Assembly: GCF_001194135.2 (NCBI RefSeq)
Contig: NC_068989.1
Location: 10,314,565-10,378,564 of the forward strand
DNA: 64,000 nucleotides
DNA from: Octopus bimaculoides
Taxonomy: Eukaryota
Reading direction: 5' to 3'
The notes below the pieces were generated by a model. That model made no database searches. It was not told the origin of the DNA and worked only from the letters and a program-made list of their open reading frames with translations. Every line of letters starts with the position of its first letter. Positions within the stretch are counted from its first letter, which is position 1. Below are positions 14,216 to 27,110 of the stretch, in pieces. A program made the position numbers and the translations under genes.

Positions 14216-14419
14216 CAGTTCTATATTTAAGAGATGAAGAATTATGTACATTATTTACATTTGACAGGTATTTGTCCTCATCTTGTTTGTTGTGAACACA
14301 ACGTTTCGGCTGATATACCCTCCAGTCTTCATCAGGTGTCTTGGGGAAATTTCGAACCTGGGTCCTCATTCCTAAGGTAATTTTCGATGTTATTATTATT
14401 ATTATTATCATTTTTATTA

Positions 14420-14450
<31 letters not shown>

Positions 14451-14518
14451 TATTATTATTCAGGTCACTGAATAATAGGGTTAGTAGCCCATGCTCTTAA
14501 CCACTACACCATATGCCC
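14216..14518 (-). mobile_element. tRNA-headed SINE-like element with (AAT)n linker and hammerhead-containing tail (family E, copy 1; B-box region deleted)
   Basis: Head gggcatatggtgtagtggttaagagcatgggctactaacc, then a microsatellite, then a tail matching 54044-54214. Inserted in the tail of a family B SINE. Confidence 0.75.
14295..14340 (-). ncRNA. Minimal type I hammerhead ribozyme motif (Penelope/retrozyme type), catalytic core intact
   Basis: Minus strand: gacac-CTGATGA-a-gactg-gagggtatat-cagcc-GAA-ACGT-T-gtgtt. Stem I is gacac/gtgtt, stem II has one mismatch, stem III is the palindromic ACGU, and the cleavage triplet is GUU. Confidence 0.8.
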
Positions 14519-17019
14519 ATGGGCATATGGCGTAGTGGTGGACAAATATCCATCAAATGTAAATAATGTAAATAAAGTAGATTTTAAAAATAAATGCCAG
14601 GCTTGATTTTTTTTTTCCCAGTTAAAATCCTTCAAGGTAGTGCTCCAGTGTAGACACAGTCCAATGTCTGAAGCAAGTAAAAGATACAAAGATACCCAAA
14701 GGGACAAGAATTTACAACAATCTAAGGCTGAATTCTATGGACAGCCATTTTTTAACCAACACAATCATTAGCTGTCTTTGATTAGTTTTTTTTTTTTTTC
14801 TTGACCTAATTAGTATATTTATTTACTATGCTGCAAAATTAAAACCCACAGCTTAACTATTACATACTGTTATGACTGACTTCTAAAAATATATATGCTA
14901 AACTTAGCGTGTACACACGTAAATTTAGAATTGTATTCTAACTGGTATGTGCAACTGCATATGCCGACAAGCTTAAATCTATTTTAATATGCAGCAGTTT
15001 ATTTTCCCATTATGTAGTCAAAATCAAATGCCCATGAGAAATTGTATATGCTGACAACCTAATTTTTCCTCGCGAATCAATAAAACTCCACAAATATGTT
15101 ATGTAGAAAGGGTTTGCAGAAAAGAGGTTGAGAATATTAAAAAAATATATATGAATTTTGAGAGGAGTAACTCCATACACAGGAACTACAGCTGAAAGAT
15201 ACACAAACAGAATAGAATTTTATATTAAATAGCAGTGACCTGCACCGAATGCATTTGTGCAACTGACAGAGTGTGTCTGAAAATGTTGTGATAGTTCCCA
15301 ATGTTTTTTTTTTATTTTTCCTACTTTAGCAATTTAATATTGTTAAGCAGACCAATGATTACAGCCAAGTCAACCTTAACAAAAAAAAACCCTAATTTTT
15401 TTTATATATATCTGGGACAAATGCCCTCTTTTTATTTTAACACAAGGAAATTTGACTGCCATTTCTAGCAGGTCAAGCAACTCGGACAGAGGCTCCCTCA
15501 CTGGCTTGTTAACACCCTAATCATTGCGAGAGATGGAGTCATTGATAGTATAAGTGACAAGAGTTCAAAGAAGCTGGAACAAGCTGAGAAAACTGCTGCC
15601 TTTTACAGAGAAGAGAAATTCTTGCTAAGTGCAAATAAGGGAGGCTGTATGTATGATATGTCAGCAATGTAATGTCAATGAAACATGACGTAAAAAAAAA
15701 TGCAGAAAGCATACAGCAGTTGGAGAGGGAAGATTTGAGAAAGAATTTGTCTCAAATATGTTACTGCTAAGCAGTAATTTAAAGGATACTATTAAGCATA
15801 ACTCATTGGCAATAAAAGGGTTCTCTCTCTTTGCTGCCTATATTACTTTCTATCTATCTTTATCTTTGACTATATAAGGCAAAGCAAGTGATGCTATACA
15901 GCAGTAAAACATGAGCAAATTTACAGAGGATCTGGAACAACGATGGAAGACCAAGTCAAGTATAATCTGTGGGATCTGCATTAACTTAGAAGAAAGGTTA
16001 AGTGTAAAGCAGTTGAAATAGCAATTTGGCATTGAAGATATTGACTGATGCCTATGAGAGACAACCAAAGTAGTATTTATATATATATATATATATAGAT
16101 ATATATATATATATATATATAATGGTATATACTGCAGGGGAAAGTGATGGGAGTTGATGGTTGAACTTATTTGCAGTATAGACCAGAAACTTAAGAGCAA
16201 GTTGTTAGATCAGATATAAGAATAATGAGCCTTACAGGTGAGTCAACTCAGAATTTAGATGCACACAGACAGTTGTAAAATATACCGATCATGAAACATG
16301 GATGTTATAAGAATGGGGATGTAGTTAGACAATGAAATCGTCGATAAACTATGTGTGAAAAGAGAAAAGTTTGAAGTCACATGAGCGTATAATACAAATG
16401 AACCACAGGAACCAAATGTTAAATGCTAAAGTCAAGTGCTGAGACAGAATGAAATTGGCCTATAATGCCAGGATGAGATAGTTTAATAATTTACAAACAG
16501 AGAAATACCTTCAACCCATAATAACAAAAGTCTGTTCAAATATTTTATTTAAACCAGTTGTATTGTGCATCATGAGAAACAATCGATATGTGAAACATAC
16601 AGATTACTATTCAATGCAAGTGTGCAGTTAAGTTTGTTTCCCAACCATGGCTATAGTAGAAGATACTTGCCCAAGGAGTCACTGTGTGGTACCTTGCACG
16701 AGTTTCTTCTTCTACTATAGCTCCTGACTATAAGTCACACAAGCAAGGATATATAGATTCTGATGATGTGATTGTTTATTTTCAGAGTTCAACATTCAGA
16801 TGATTCTGTCAAATGTAACATTTATTTATTCAGGCCGTCCAGCCACAGAACCCATATCAAAGCAGACAAATGGGGCTTGGTGCAGTTTTCCAGCTCCTAT
16901 CAAACCATCCAACCCTTGCCAGTATGGAAGGAGGACATTAACTGATGAGGATGATTTATTCACATTATTTTGAACTAATCATGCATTATCTTATAGCTTT
17001 CAGATTTTGATAATGTGAT

Positions 17020-17368
17020 CGTTTCCAGTGCCGCCTGACTTGCTCTCGTGCCAGTGGCACATAAAAAGCACCATTCGAGCACAGTCATTTCCAGTGCTAC
17101 CTGACTGGCACCCATGTTGGTGGCATGTAAAAAGCACCATTCAGGCGTGGTTGATGCCAGTACCACCTGACTGGCCCTCATGCCAGTGACATGTAAAAAT
17201 CACCCACTACACTCTTGGAGTGGTCAGCGTTAGGAAGGGCATCCAGCTGTAGAAACTCTGCCAGATCAGATTGGAGCCTGGTACGGCCTTCTGGCTTGCC
17301 TGTCTTCAGTCAAACCATCCAACCCATAGCAGCATGGAAAGCGGACGTTAAATGAAGACGATGATGAC
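17020..17368 (+). mobile_element. 5'-truncated 3' UTR of the same RTE family
   Basis: Colinear with 30675-31000. Similar fragments occur at about 19340-19545, 24385-24620, 48605-48778 (-), 58445-58560 and 60308-60494. Confidence 0.75.
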
Positions 17369-17712
17369 AGTTCTCATACCATTAACCTTACAAATCAACT
17401 CAAATATTATTGATGTGAAACAGTAGAATCCAAGGAACCTAGTGATGGTCAGTGTCAGCATGTATAATGAGTATATAAACTTGACAGAATGGACTAAATT
17501 ATTTAGCCATGAGAAAGCCTAACATTTTAAGAAAGACCTTATCTTGGAGAAGAAAGATGAACTGTCTACTGAGAGTACTGAATAAAAAGATTGGAGAGAG
17601 AGAGAGAGAGAGAAAATAGCAGTGGAGAATGAAGGAGAGTAGGAGTAACAATAGGGATCATATTTTAGTAGGAGGCATAGAGTGAAAGAAAGGAAATAAA
17701 GATGAACTGAAA

Positions 17713-18065
17713 GAGGAGAGAGAGGAGGTTAAGATGAGGAGAGAGAGGAGGTTAAGATGAGGAGAGAGAGGAGGTTAAGATGAGGAGAGAGAGGAGGTTA
17801 AGATGAGGAGAGAGAGGAGGTTAAGATGAGGAGAGAGAGGAGGTTAAGATGAGNNNNNNNNNNGGAGGTTAAGATGAGGAGAGAGAGGAGGTTAAGATGA
17901 GGAGAGAGAGGAGGTTAAGATGAGGAGGGAGAGGAGGTTAAGATGAGGAGGGAGAGGAGGTTAAGATGAGGAGGGAGAGGAGGTTAAGATGAGGAGAGAG
18001 AGGAGGTTAAGATGAGGAGAGAGAGGAGGTTAAGATGAGGAGAGAGAGGAGGTTAAGATGAGGAG
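17713..18065 (+). repeat. 23-bp purine-rich minisatellite (gaggagagagaggaggttaagat), about 15 copies
   Basis: Direct reading; 10-N gap at 17854-17863; three units carry an a>g variant. Confidence 0.95.
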
Positions 18066-18926
18066 AAGGGATGACAACAAAAGAAGATAAAAAAAAGGAT
18101 GCACAGGTGGTGGTAAAGAAAAAGGTACAGATAGAAGATAAGGTTAAGGGTAAAGAATCAGGATGGAGTAAATGAGGTGGAGAGGAGGTGGGAGTAGTCA
18201 GGGTGTGGCAGTGTTGTTTACCTATAGGCGAACAGCACAATTCGTTCACTTAATAACCCAGGATAGGGATTGGTAGAGTGGAAAGAGGTTGAAAAGAAGA
18301 AGGTCAAAGTCAGCTTAGAGAACAAAGAGGTGTTCGTTAATACTTTCTGACAAAGAATTGCTGAAAAATGAAGTGCATTCCCACGTGTTTTCAAATGAAG
18401 GTGACTCCACTAACAAACAGCTGGCGAAATGAAAAGTCAAGCTATAACTTTTGGAAAATGCTTGAGCATAGTTTCAGAGGTACTTGACAAAGCAATCATC
18501 TAAACCAGCAGTGATTCTCAACTGGGGTTATTGTGGCTCCTGCGGATCCATATTAAGATTTTTGAGGGTCCACGCAACAAAATAGTAAACTGAGGATCCG
18601 CAATAGTATTTGAAAAGGTTCCTGAAAAAATTTTGCTTTAGATGTATTGCAAGAAACAGCAAGGTTTCTCTTTCTCTCTCTCTCTAACATTTTACATAGT
18701 TCAAACTACACAAGTTAATGTGTGAAAAACAAAATAAGAATTTGAAAGAAGTAGGTGCAGGAGTGGCTGTGTGGTAAGTAGCTTGCTTATCAACCACATG
18801 GTTCCGGATTCAGTCCCACTGTGTGGCACCTTGAGCAAGTGTCTTCTACTATAGCCTCAGGCCGACCAAAGCCTTGTGAGTGGATTTGATAGATGGAAAC
18901 TGAAAGAAGCCCGTCATATATATGTG

Positions 18927-18970
<44 letters not shown>

Positions 18971-19561
18971 CACAATTCCTTATAAGAAAAATCATGCAAG
19001 TCTTTTGAAGAAAAGGTCCCCCCACTTGAGAAAAGTAAGACCAATTTAAGGGTCAGAAGAAAAAGAGTCAGATCAGCATAGGATAGTATGCTGAAGTGGC
19101 AGAACTGCCAGCTGATGGGTGACAGAAAAGGAAAATTTATCTCCGGGTGTACATGAAGAGGGTAGAGTTCTGGGATTCTGTTGGTGGACTAGGCTTAGTG
19201 GAGAGAGCAGCAGCAACCAACATCAACTGTGAAGCAGTGGTGGAGGACAACCACAAACACAAGGATACACACCTGTACTTGAAACAAACACATCAAACTA
19301 CGTAAAATTGCTGTCATCCATATATATATAGGCTTGTCCTTTACAGGTGTCAGTGCCACATAAAATGCATTCGTGTTGGTGGTGTGTGAATGCACCCGGC
19401 ACACTCTGCAAAGTGGTTGGCATTAGGAAGGGCATCCAGCTGTTAGAAACCATGCCACAACAGACAATTAGAGTCTGACCAGCTCTTGTCAAACCATTCA
19501 ACCCATGCCAGTATGGAAAACGGAACATTAAATGATGATGATGATGTGTGTGCGTGTGTGC

Positions 19562-19608
<47 letters not shown>

Positions 19609-19673
19609 NNNNNNNNNNNNNNNNNNNNNNNNNNNNNNNNNNNNNNNNNNNNNNNNNNNNNNNNNNNNNNNNN

Positions 19674-19718
<45 letters not shown>

Positions 19719-19722
19719 TGTA

Positions 19723-19929
19723 CAGGGTGTCCACAAAGTCTGGGTACATAGGGATTAACACATAATTTAAGAAATTATTATTTCTTATATTTAATTGTTT
19801 ATGTTATGATTTTATTTACTCCATGTACCCACATGGGGATTAACAATACTTTAAGAAATTATTATTTCTTATATTTGTTTATGTTATGATTTTATTTACT
19901 CCGTGTACCCAGACCTTGTGGACACCCTG
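19723..19929. mobile_element. Tc1-like MITE with an internal tandem duplication
   Basis: TIRs ta|cagggtgtccacaaagtctgggtaca and tgtacccagaccttgtggacaccctg|tg. An ~80-85 bp unit is repeated (19746-19830, 19831-19910). Confidence 0.8.
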
Positions 19930-19939
19930 TGTATGTATG

Positions 19940-20009
<70 letters not shown>

Positions 20010-20789
20010 CGCAATGAGCTTCCATATGGTTTCTACCAAATTCACTCACAAGGTATTTGTCAGGCCCAGAGCTATTGTAGAAGACACTTGCCTAAGGTGA
20101 CAGCAGTGGGACCAAACCCAAAAGTACGTGGTCGCAAAGGAAGCTTCTTAATCACATAGCAATACTTGCAGTTAGCCATGTCTGGTTTAGTAAAAATGAA
20201 ATTTTTTTCTATTTCAATCAAAAATTAAAGAACTACCTTACAAGCAATCAATACAGACTGTTTCTGCAATAATATTACATCTAAAAGTACAAAGGAGTTG
20301 TACAGCAAGAAATTAACAAACGTAAATATTATTGTAATCTTCCTCCCTTCCAACCCAAAAATTAGAATGTCAGTAGGAACATGATTCTTCAAAGTTCTTG
20401 GCATCACTGAGAAGACCCACCTCAAACATTAGAAGAGCTAAAGTAATTACTGCTTCTACTGGGCATTATGCCAGTTCAGCTGATAACAGTCATAGTTATG
20501 AAGACCAAAAGCTTATTTTGAGGTAACTCGCATTGGCCTTGTAACAAAACAATTATTGCATCCTCTTAAAAGTTAGAGATATATCAGGGCTATCTATTCT
20601 ACAAGTAATTCCTTTTGTCACTCTTTGTTGGCAACCAGCAATGTATTTCTGCTATCCACAAGATACAGAAACCCTCAAAGAGGAGTTCCCAGAACTCAGA
20701 TATCCTCATCTTTCTCTCCAGGGAAAAATACAGCCCTAAAATGGCCAAGTGGATTAAGTGTAAAACTCTGGTACCGCATTGTGCCAAAA

Positions 20790-21005
20790 GGCACGTGGCT
20801 TGGTGGATAGGGTGTTAGACTCACGAGTGTAAGATTGTGGTTTCGATTCCTGGACCGAGTGACGCGTTGTGTTCTTGAGCAAAACACTTCATTTCATGTT
20901 GCTCCAGTCCACTCAGCTGGAAAAAGTGATAACCCTGTGACAGACCAGTGTCCCATCCATGTGGGAAATATATACTCCGTAGAAACCAGGAAACCAGCCC
21001 TATGA
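20790..21005 (+). mobile_element. tRNA-derived SINE, family D variant head
   Basis: ggcacgtggcttggtgg...ggtttcgattcctgg...cttgagcaaaacacttcatttcatgttgctccagtccactcagctgg. Confidence 0.7.
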
Positions 21006-22006
21006 ATCTATATGACTCAGGAAGGAGCTAGTGCACCAAGAACAAAGTATTAAACATCCCTGGCCCACTTGTCTAACAGAAGAGTGGGTGACAACAGAGA
21101 GATGAGGACTTAGTAAAGCAGCAGCCATCAAACTCAATATTCTATTAAAGCTCATGTCCAGTCTTGGTGGTGCCTCTTTGAATTAGTTCCTGGTGAAATT
21201 ATTTCTTCTCCATAAGTAGGAATTTTTCATTTGTGGAAAAACACTGAACACTTGGTGAAACAAATCAATAACTCCAATATATCCTGCCAAATGATTATTA
21301 TTGATATGATTAACTTATTCCCAATGGTTCTGGCATGGTTAAAACCAGACTCTAAAATTACCTGAATCTACAAAAAAGAAAAAGTAAATGAAAGGAAATA
21401 AAATAAATAAATAGACCACCAGGCAAAATAATGAAAACATTAGTAAAACAACAAATTTCAGATGTAGGATAAGGTACAGTAAGTTTTGGAAATATTAACT
21501 GTGAGTTTATATTTTTATCAGGTTCCTCATGGTAAAATAATTTATTCTGCAGTGCATATTTTTTGTACGCATTATATGCCAAAGTAGACTAATCTAGCTT
21601 TGTAGGGTTCTACAGTTTCACATTTATATAGTGAGCGCTTTTGAAGCAGTAATAGCAGTAAAACTAGATATATCTCTGACACCATCAGCTCACCTAAATC
21701 CTACCCTACAGGACCAAATGACCATCATGCAGACCTCTATGAAATTCATCATAGTAAAAGAAAACATCACAACATCATCGACATTTAACATCCACTATTC
21801 CATGCTAGCATGAGTCAAGATAGAATTTGTTGAGAAAGATTTTTCTATGGTACCTTTCCTATCACCAACTCTCACCTGTTTCCAAGTAAAGTAATAATTC
21901 CCCAAGGCCAGACATTTCTTTTTTTCACAGAAGACTGGAGACGAATAACCTCGCTTGCATGACAACGATGCTCAATTACAACCATCTTATGATGTCCAGG
22001 CAAGAG

Positions 22007-22049
<43 letters not shown>

Positions 22050-23641
22050 CTTTCATTTTCCATCTACTAAACCCACTCACAAGACCTTGGTCAGCCAGTG
22101 GCTATGGTAGAAGACATGAGCCTATTGCTCCAGTTTGTTTAGCTGTAAAAAGGAGTTGTGACGTCACTGGTGCCAAACAGTATCAGCCTTTGCCTTTCCC
22201 TTGGATAACATCAGTGGAGGGGAGAGGGGGAGGCTGGTATGCATGGGCGACTGCTGGTCTTCCATAAACAACCTTGCCCGGAGTTGTGCCTCAGAAGGTA
22301 ACTTTCTAGGTGCAATCTCATGGTCATTCAGGACCAAAGGGAGTCTTTATGTATGTATAAATACACGCACATACACACACACACACGTATATATGTGCAC
22401 ATGCATATGTTTACATCTTCTTCTCTTAACATTATGGAATAGTTGTAAATAAGCATCACTGTCATACAATCAGTGGCCTTCATTTCCAATCTTCTGTAAA
22501 AACATGTCCAGCTGTGGGGAAATACTACTTTGCTTAGAAACAAGTCAGGGTTGGCAACAGGAAGAGCTCCAACATATCCTATCTGACATATGCAAGCGAA
22601 GAAAAGTAAACAGTAAAACAAAGATGATGATGATATATTAAATATATTAATACTAACTTATATATCCTGCATATCTCGGTTATTAATATTTCTATACAGT
22701 CAGAATTGCCTAAAATAACTTCATTGAAATACATACAAAAGTATTTACTTCCTCCCAGCTATTACTATGAATGCGCACTTCATCAATATGCACGCACCAG
22801 TATAGATGCACATTTAAATTCACATGCAGCCATAAATGGACATTTTTATCTAAATGTAAGGATAGTTTATTTTTTGGTTTATTCACAAACACAGAGAAAC
22901 AGAGTGCTAATACATCTCTCAAAATTATGTAAATTTATCCTACCCAATAATTTGTTTGAGTGAAACAGTTGAGCTCTACAGGCAGAGTTTTTCCCATATT
23001 GTAGCAGAAGAAATATTTTGTATTTACCCTATGAAAATTAACTATAAGAAGATCTGAAGAAAATTAATCAACATTATTCAAAATATTATGAAAAATTTTA
23101 TTTTTAAGCCAAAACTTCAGCCTTTAGTAATTTGATAGTTCTAATTATAATTCCTTATATTGGCACACAGCTATAAATAGTCAGTGAAGGACACACAGTT
23201 GATTAAATCATCCCTAGTGCATTTCTGCTGCTTATTGCCCCAAGAGGGTTGAAAGGCAAAAGCCTGTTTTGAACACCAAAGTCACAAAGATGAAACTAAT
23301 ACTACATAGCATTTAGCTTGATACTCTGCTCTTTCTTCAATTCTGTTAAATTAATAAACATAATTAATATTTCTTGATAATAAACAGGAAGATACTAATT
23401 TGTAAAATATAAGACTGTGTACCATGAGCATTAGTGAGTTTTATTCAATCCATCAGAACTTGCTTCACTTCATGATGCAGACTTGAAGAGCCCTAACCCA
23501 AAACTTCAAAATTCCCCTCTCCACACATTCATTTTATTTTATGAATTTTATTAACTGTTTTACAGGTAAAACAAACACCATTACCAAATTCATTAATGGC
23601 CTATGGTCCATTGGGAGCAAAGGGTTTCAGTAAGTAATATA

Positions 23642-23869
23642 TTGGGTTGTCCAGAAAGTTCGTGCCGATTTTTAAAGGAAAGAAAAAGGTCAATAAATAC
23701 TTGCCATTACATTTTTAATCAACGAAATATGAACTATTTTGTTGCACAATGCGTCTCCATCTTTCCTTTAACTTGAAAATACCCTCTTCCCAGGATTGAG
23801 GTGGTTTCATGGTAAATAAGTCGAAAGGAAAGCTACTATAAATCGGCACGAACTTTCCGGACAACCCAA
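23642..23869. mobile_element. mariner-type MITE, 30-bp TIRs, TA TSD
   Basis: ta|ttgggttgtccagaaagttcgtgccgattt ... aaatcggcacgaactttccggacaacccaa|ta (one mismatch). Confidence 0.9.
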
Positions 23870-23916
23870 TACATAAGAATGCAAATACATACATATCTGA
23901 CAAACATCCTGTGCAA

Positions 23917-24260
23917 CAGGGGTTCACAGCGATTTTTTATCTATGGATTCCTTTGATTACCATTTTATTCTGGTGGACCCTCACAGTCATTCAATGTTTA
24001 AAAACTAGTTTTATAGATACTTCTTTCAAAATCCCTATTTTGTTTTCAACACATTAACTTGTGTAGGTTGAAATATATAATACATTAAAGAAACTTGGCA
24101 GTTTTTAGCAATACTTGCCAATACATTCTAAAGCAAAATATTTTCAGGAGTCCCTTAAAATATTATTGTGGGTCCCCAATTTACTATTTTGTTGTGTGGA
24201 CCACCCAAAATTCTTACATAGACCCTTAGGAGCCATATGGACCCCAGTTGAGAACCACTA
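23917..24260. mobile_element. hAT (MER5/Charlie-like) non-autonomous element
   Basis: Ends caggggttcac ... ccccagttgagaaccacta. A partial opposite-orientation copy starts cagtgattctcaactgggg at 18509. Confidence 0.6.
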
Positions 24261-26016
24261 CTGTGCACAAACAATTGTCGAGAGAGAAACCATAAAGCCA
24301 CCTCATTTCTTAACAAAAGTAAAATTGGATCTAAAGTATATTGTTAACTAAAGTTTCTCTCTGCTACATCTCCACAGGCCATACCCCAGTAGAATATATG
24401 GTTTGTGCGGGTGGCACATAAAAGACACCATTTCGAGCGTGGCCGTTGCCAGTATCGCCTGACTGGCCTTCGTGCAGGTGACACATAAAAGCACCTACTA
24501 CACTCTCTGAGTGGTTAGGAAGGGCATCCAGCTGTAGAAACTCCGCCAAATTTAGATTGGAGCCTGGTGTTGCCATCCGGTTTCACCAGTCCTCAGTCAA
24601 GTCGTCCAACCCATGCTAGCAAAACTGTTATTTTATCTCTGGATCCTTAAGTAGGAGAAAGAAATCTCTTCTGAGCTATACTTGTGTATCATAGGTTGAT
24701 TTCCTCAGAAGACATTATGACTGTCCTACAATTAGATTAAAATGAGGTTAAATAAACTGAGTGATGAAGACAGACAATGGAACACACTGTAGCAGACTAC
24801 AAACTTATGAGCCAATATCTGATAACCTTTGATTATTAATTGGTTCATAACTGTAATAAAACATATAGAAGTTTTCTTAGCATTTAAAATTGAAGCAGTT
24901 TTTAGTCCAGATGATGTTTAAATACACTCATCAGTAAAAAACCAAGTGTCCCCAAAGTACCAAATCACTTTGAGAGATAGTGGTAAGCTCCACTTTCAGA
25001 GCATGGAGCAGATGAGAGATAAATATCCCTCGTAAACAGAATGTGGGTTTACCACAGATAACATTCACAGCTTCACCATCACCATCAGTTTAACATCCAT
25101 GAGTTTATTGAGGCAGATTTTCTACAACTGGACTCCCTTCCTGTTGCCAACCCTTATCTGTTCCCAAACATGTTTTTGCAGAATATCAGAAATGAATCAT
25201 TCATTTACAACAACTACATATGTAAAGACAAAGAGACACAAACATACTCTCACATACAAGCACACACACACACACACAAAGATGTCTTTCAGTTTCTGTC
25301 AATGAAATCCACTCACAAGGCTTTGGTCAGCCTAGATCTATAGCTGAAGACACTTGCCCAAGATGTCATGCACTGGAACTGAACCCAAACCCTTGTAGCT
25401 GGGAGGAAGACTTCTTAACCACAGGGCTATACCTGTGCCTATAACCACACTTGTACTTATTAACTGGTACCTATTCCTGACATTAAGATGAACTGAAGCA
25501 CATAGAATAGTGTCCAGTCGAGAAACGTAACACAATATCTGCTGCAAATTTGAACACATAGCCTGTAAGTTGCTAGCAATATACCTAATACACTCAGCTA
25601 ACAAAATTTTAATTTTAATTTGCAAGTAAATAAAATTCTATAAGGAGTGATAAATTTTGAAGTGAAACACCTAGGAACTTAAAATAAGCAGTGAATTTCA
25701 GTGATTAATTTCTCAAGGTTGTCATAAAACTGATAAAGGAACTATTTTGGTAAGGCTGGAAGACATTAAAGTCAATGTTTCCCAACTGGCTGCAAATATA
25801 TTTCCTACATATGGAAAAAGTAAACTCAATAACATGTGTCCTTGGGACACCATTTAAACAGTAATAAATAAATAATATCCAGAAATAATGTTTTGTTTTT
25901 TTATTAATTTCAGATTTCCTTCCTGCTTTTAACATTTCAATACCCATGACAACAAGAGAGAATATCTGATGCAACAAAACAGGAGAATATGTTAACCCAA
26001 AAAGTAGATATACTTA

Positions 26017-26263
26017 ATTGTGTCTGGCAAGAGTCATTCTCTTTTAGTGCCTTATTAATTTGACACACTCGCTGGTCTGATTTCCACTCATTTACTCGTT
26101 ATTTTTTACTAAAATTTTCATTGCAACTAGCAACCTTTTCAAGAGTCATTGATTCGCAATGAAAATTTTAGTAAAAAATAACGAGTAAATGAGTGGAAAT
26201 CAGACCAGCAAGTGTGTTAAGTTAATAAGGCACTAAAAGAGAATGACTCTCCCCAGACACAAT
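26017..26263. repeat. Long inverted repeat, ~108-bp arms, 31-nt loop
   Basis: 26017-26124 is the reverse complement of 26156-26263, with a few mismatches. Confidence 0.92.
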
Positions 26264-26406
26264 AAAATATGCTTCAACACACAAATTCACATAAAGAATC
26301 TTGCAAACCACATACAAAAACGAAATAAATATACTTCACGATTTAAATAATAAGCTCCTCTAAAAGAAATGTTATCATTGTAACTGTTTCTCCAGATTGT
26401 CATTAC

Positions 26407-26834
26407 TAGGTGCAGGTATGGATGTGTGGTTAAGAAGCTTGCTTCCCAACCATGTGAACTTGGGTTCAGTTCCACTGTGTGGCACTTTGGGCTATAAGCT
26501 TCTACTCTAGCCCCAAACTGACCAAAGCTTTGTGAGTGGATTTGATAGACAGAAACTGAAAGAAGACGGCCAGCTGGCGGAATCGTTAGCACGCTGGGCG
26601 AAATGCTTAGCGGTATTTCGTCAGCCGTTACGTTCTGAGTTCAAATTCCACTGAGGTCGACTTAGCCTTTTGGGGTCGATAAATTAAGTACCAGTTACGC
26701 ACTGGGGGTCAATGTAATTGACTTAATCCCTTTGTCTGTCCTTGTTTGTCCCTTCTAATGTTTAGCCCCTTGTTTGTCCCTTCTAATGTTTAGCCCCTTG
26801 TGGGCAATAATGAAAGAAGAAACTGAAAGAAGCC

Positions 26835-26870
<36 letters not shown>

Positions 26871-27110
26871 AATCCTTGTGTTGACATCACATGATGGTTG
26901 TAAACAAACATCATCATCATCATGTAAGTGCTGTTGTTTGTTTCTATTCCGCCATGAAAAACAAGTCTGGTCAGTGGGAAATATTAACTTGCTTGGACAC
27001 AGGTAAGGGTTGATGACTGGAAGGGCAACCGGCTGTAGAAAATTGGCCTTAACAAATTCCATCTGACCTAAGCAAGCATGGAAAAGTAAACGTTAGACGA
27101 CTGAAGATGA
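26407..27110 (+). mobile_element. SINE family C hosting the nested family A copy
   Basis: Head at 26407-26565 resumes at 26833 into (TG)n and an RTE-like tail. Confidence 0.75.
26566..26818 (+). mobile_element. Young SINE family A nested in a family C SINE, 14-bp TSD
   Basis: TSD gaaactgaaagaag at 26552-26565 and 26819-26832. Carries an internal ~29-bp tandem duplication (ttgtttgtcccttctaatgtttagcccc). Confidence 0.88.

Noticed and set aside
15010-15204. 64-aa minus-strand ORF following a tttcag acceptor-like site
   Set aside because: No recognisable motif, not kinase sequence and no convincing donor.
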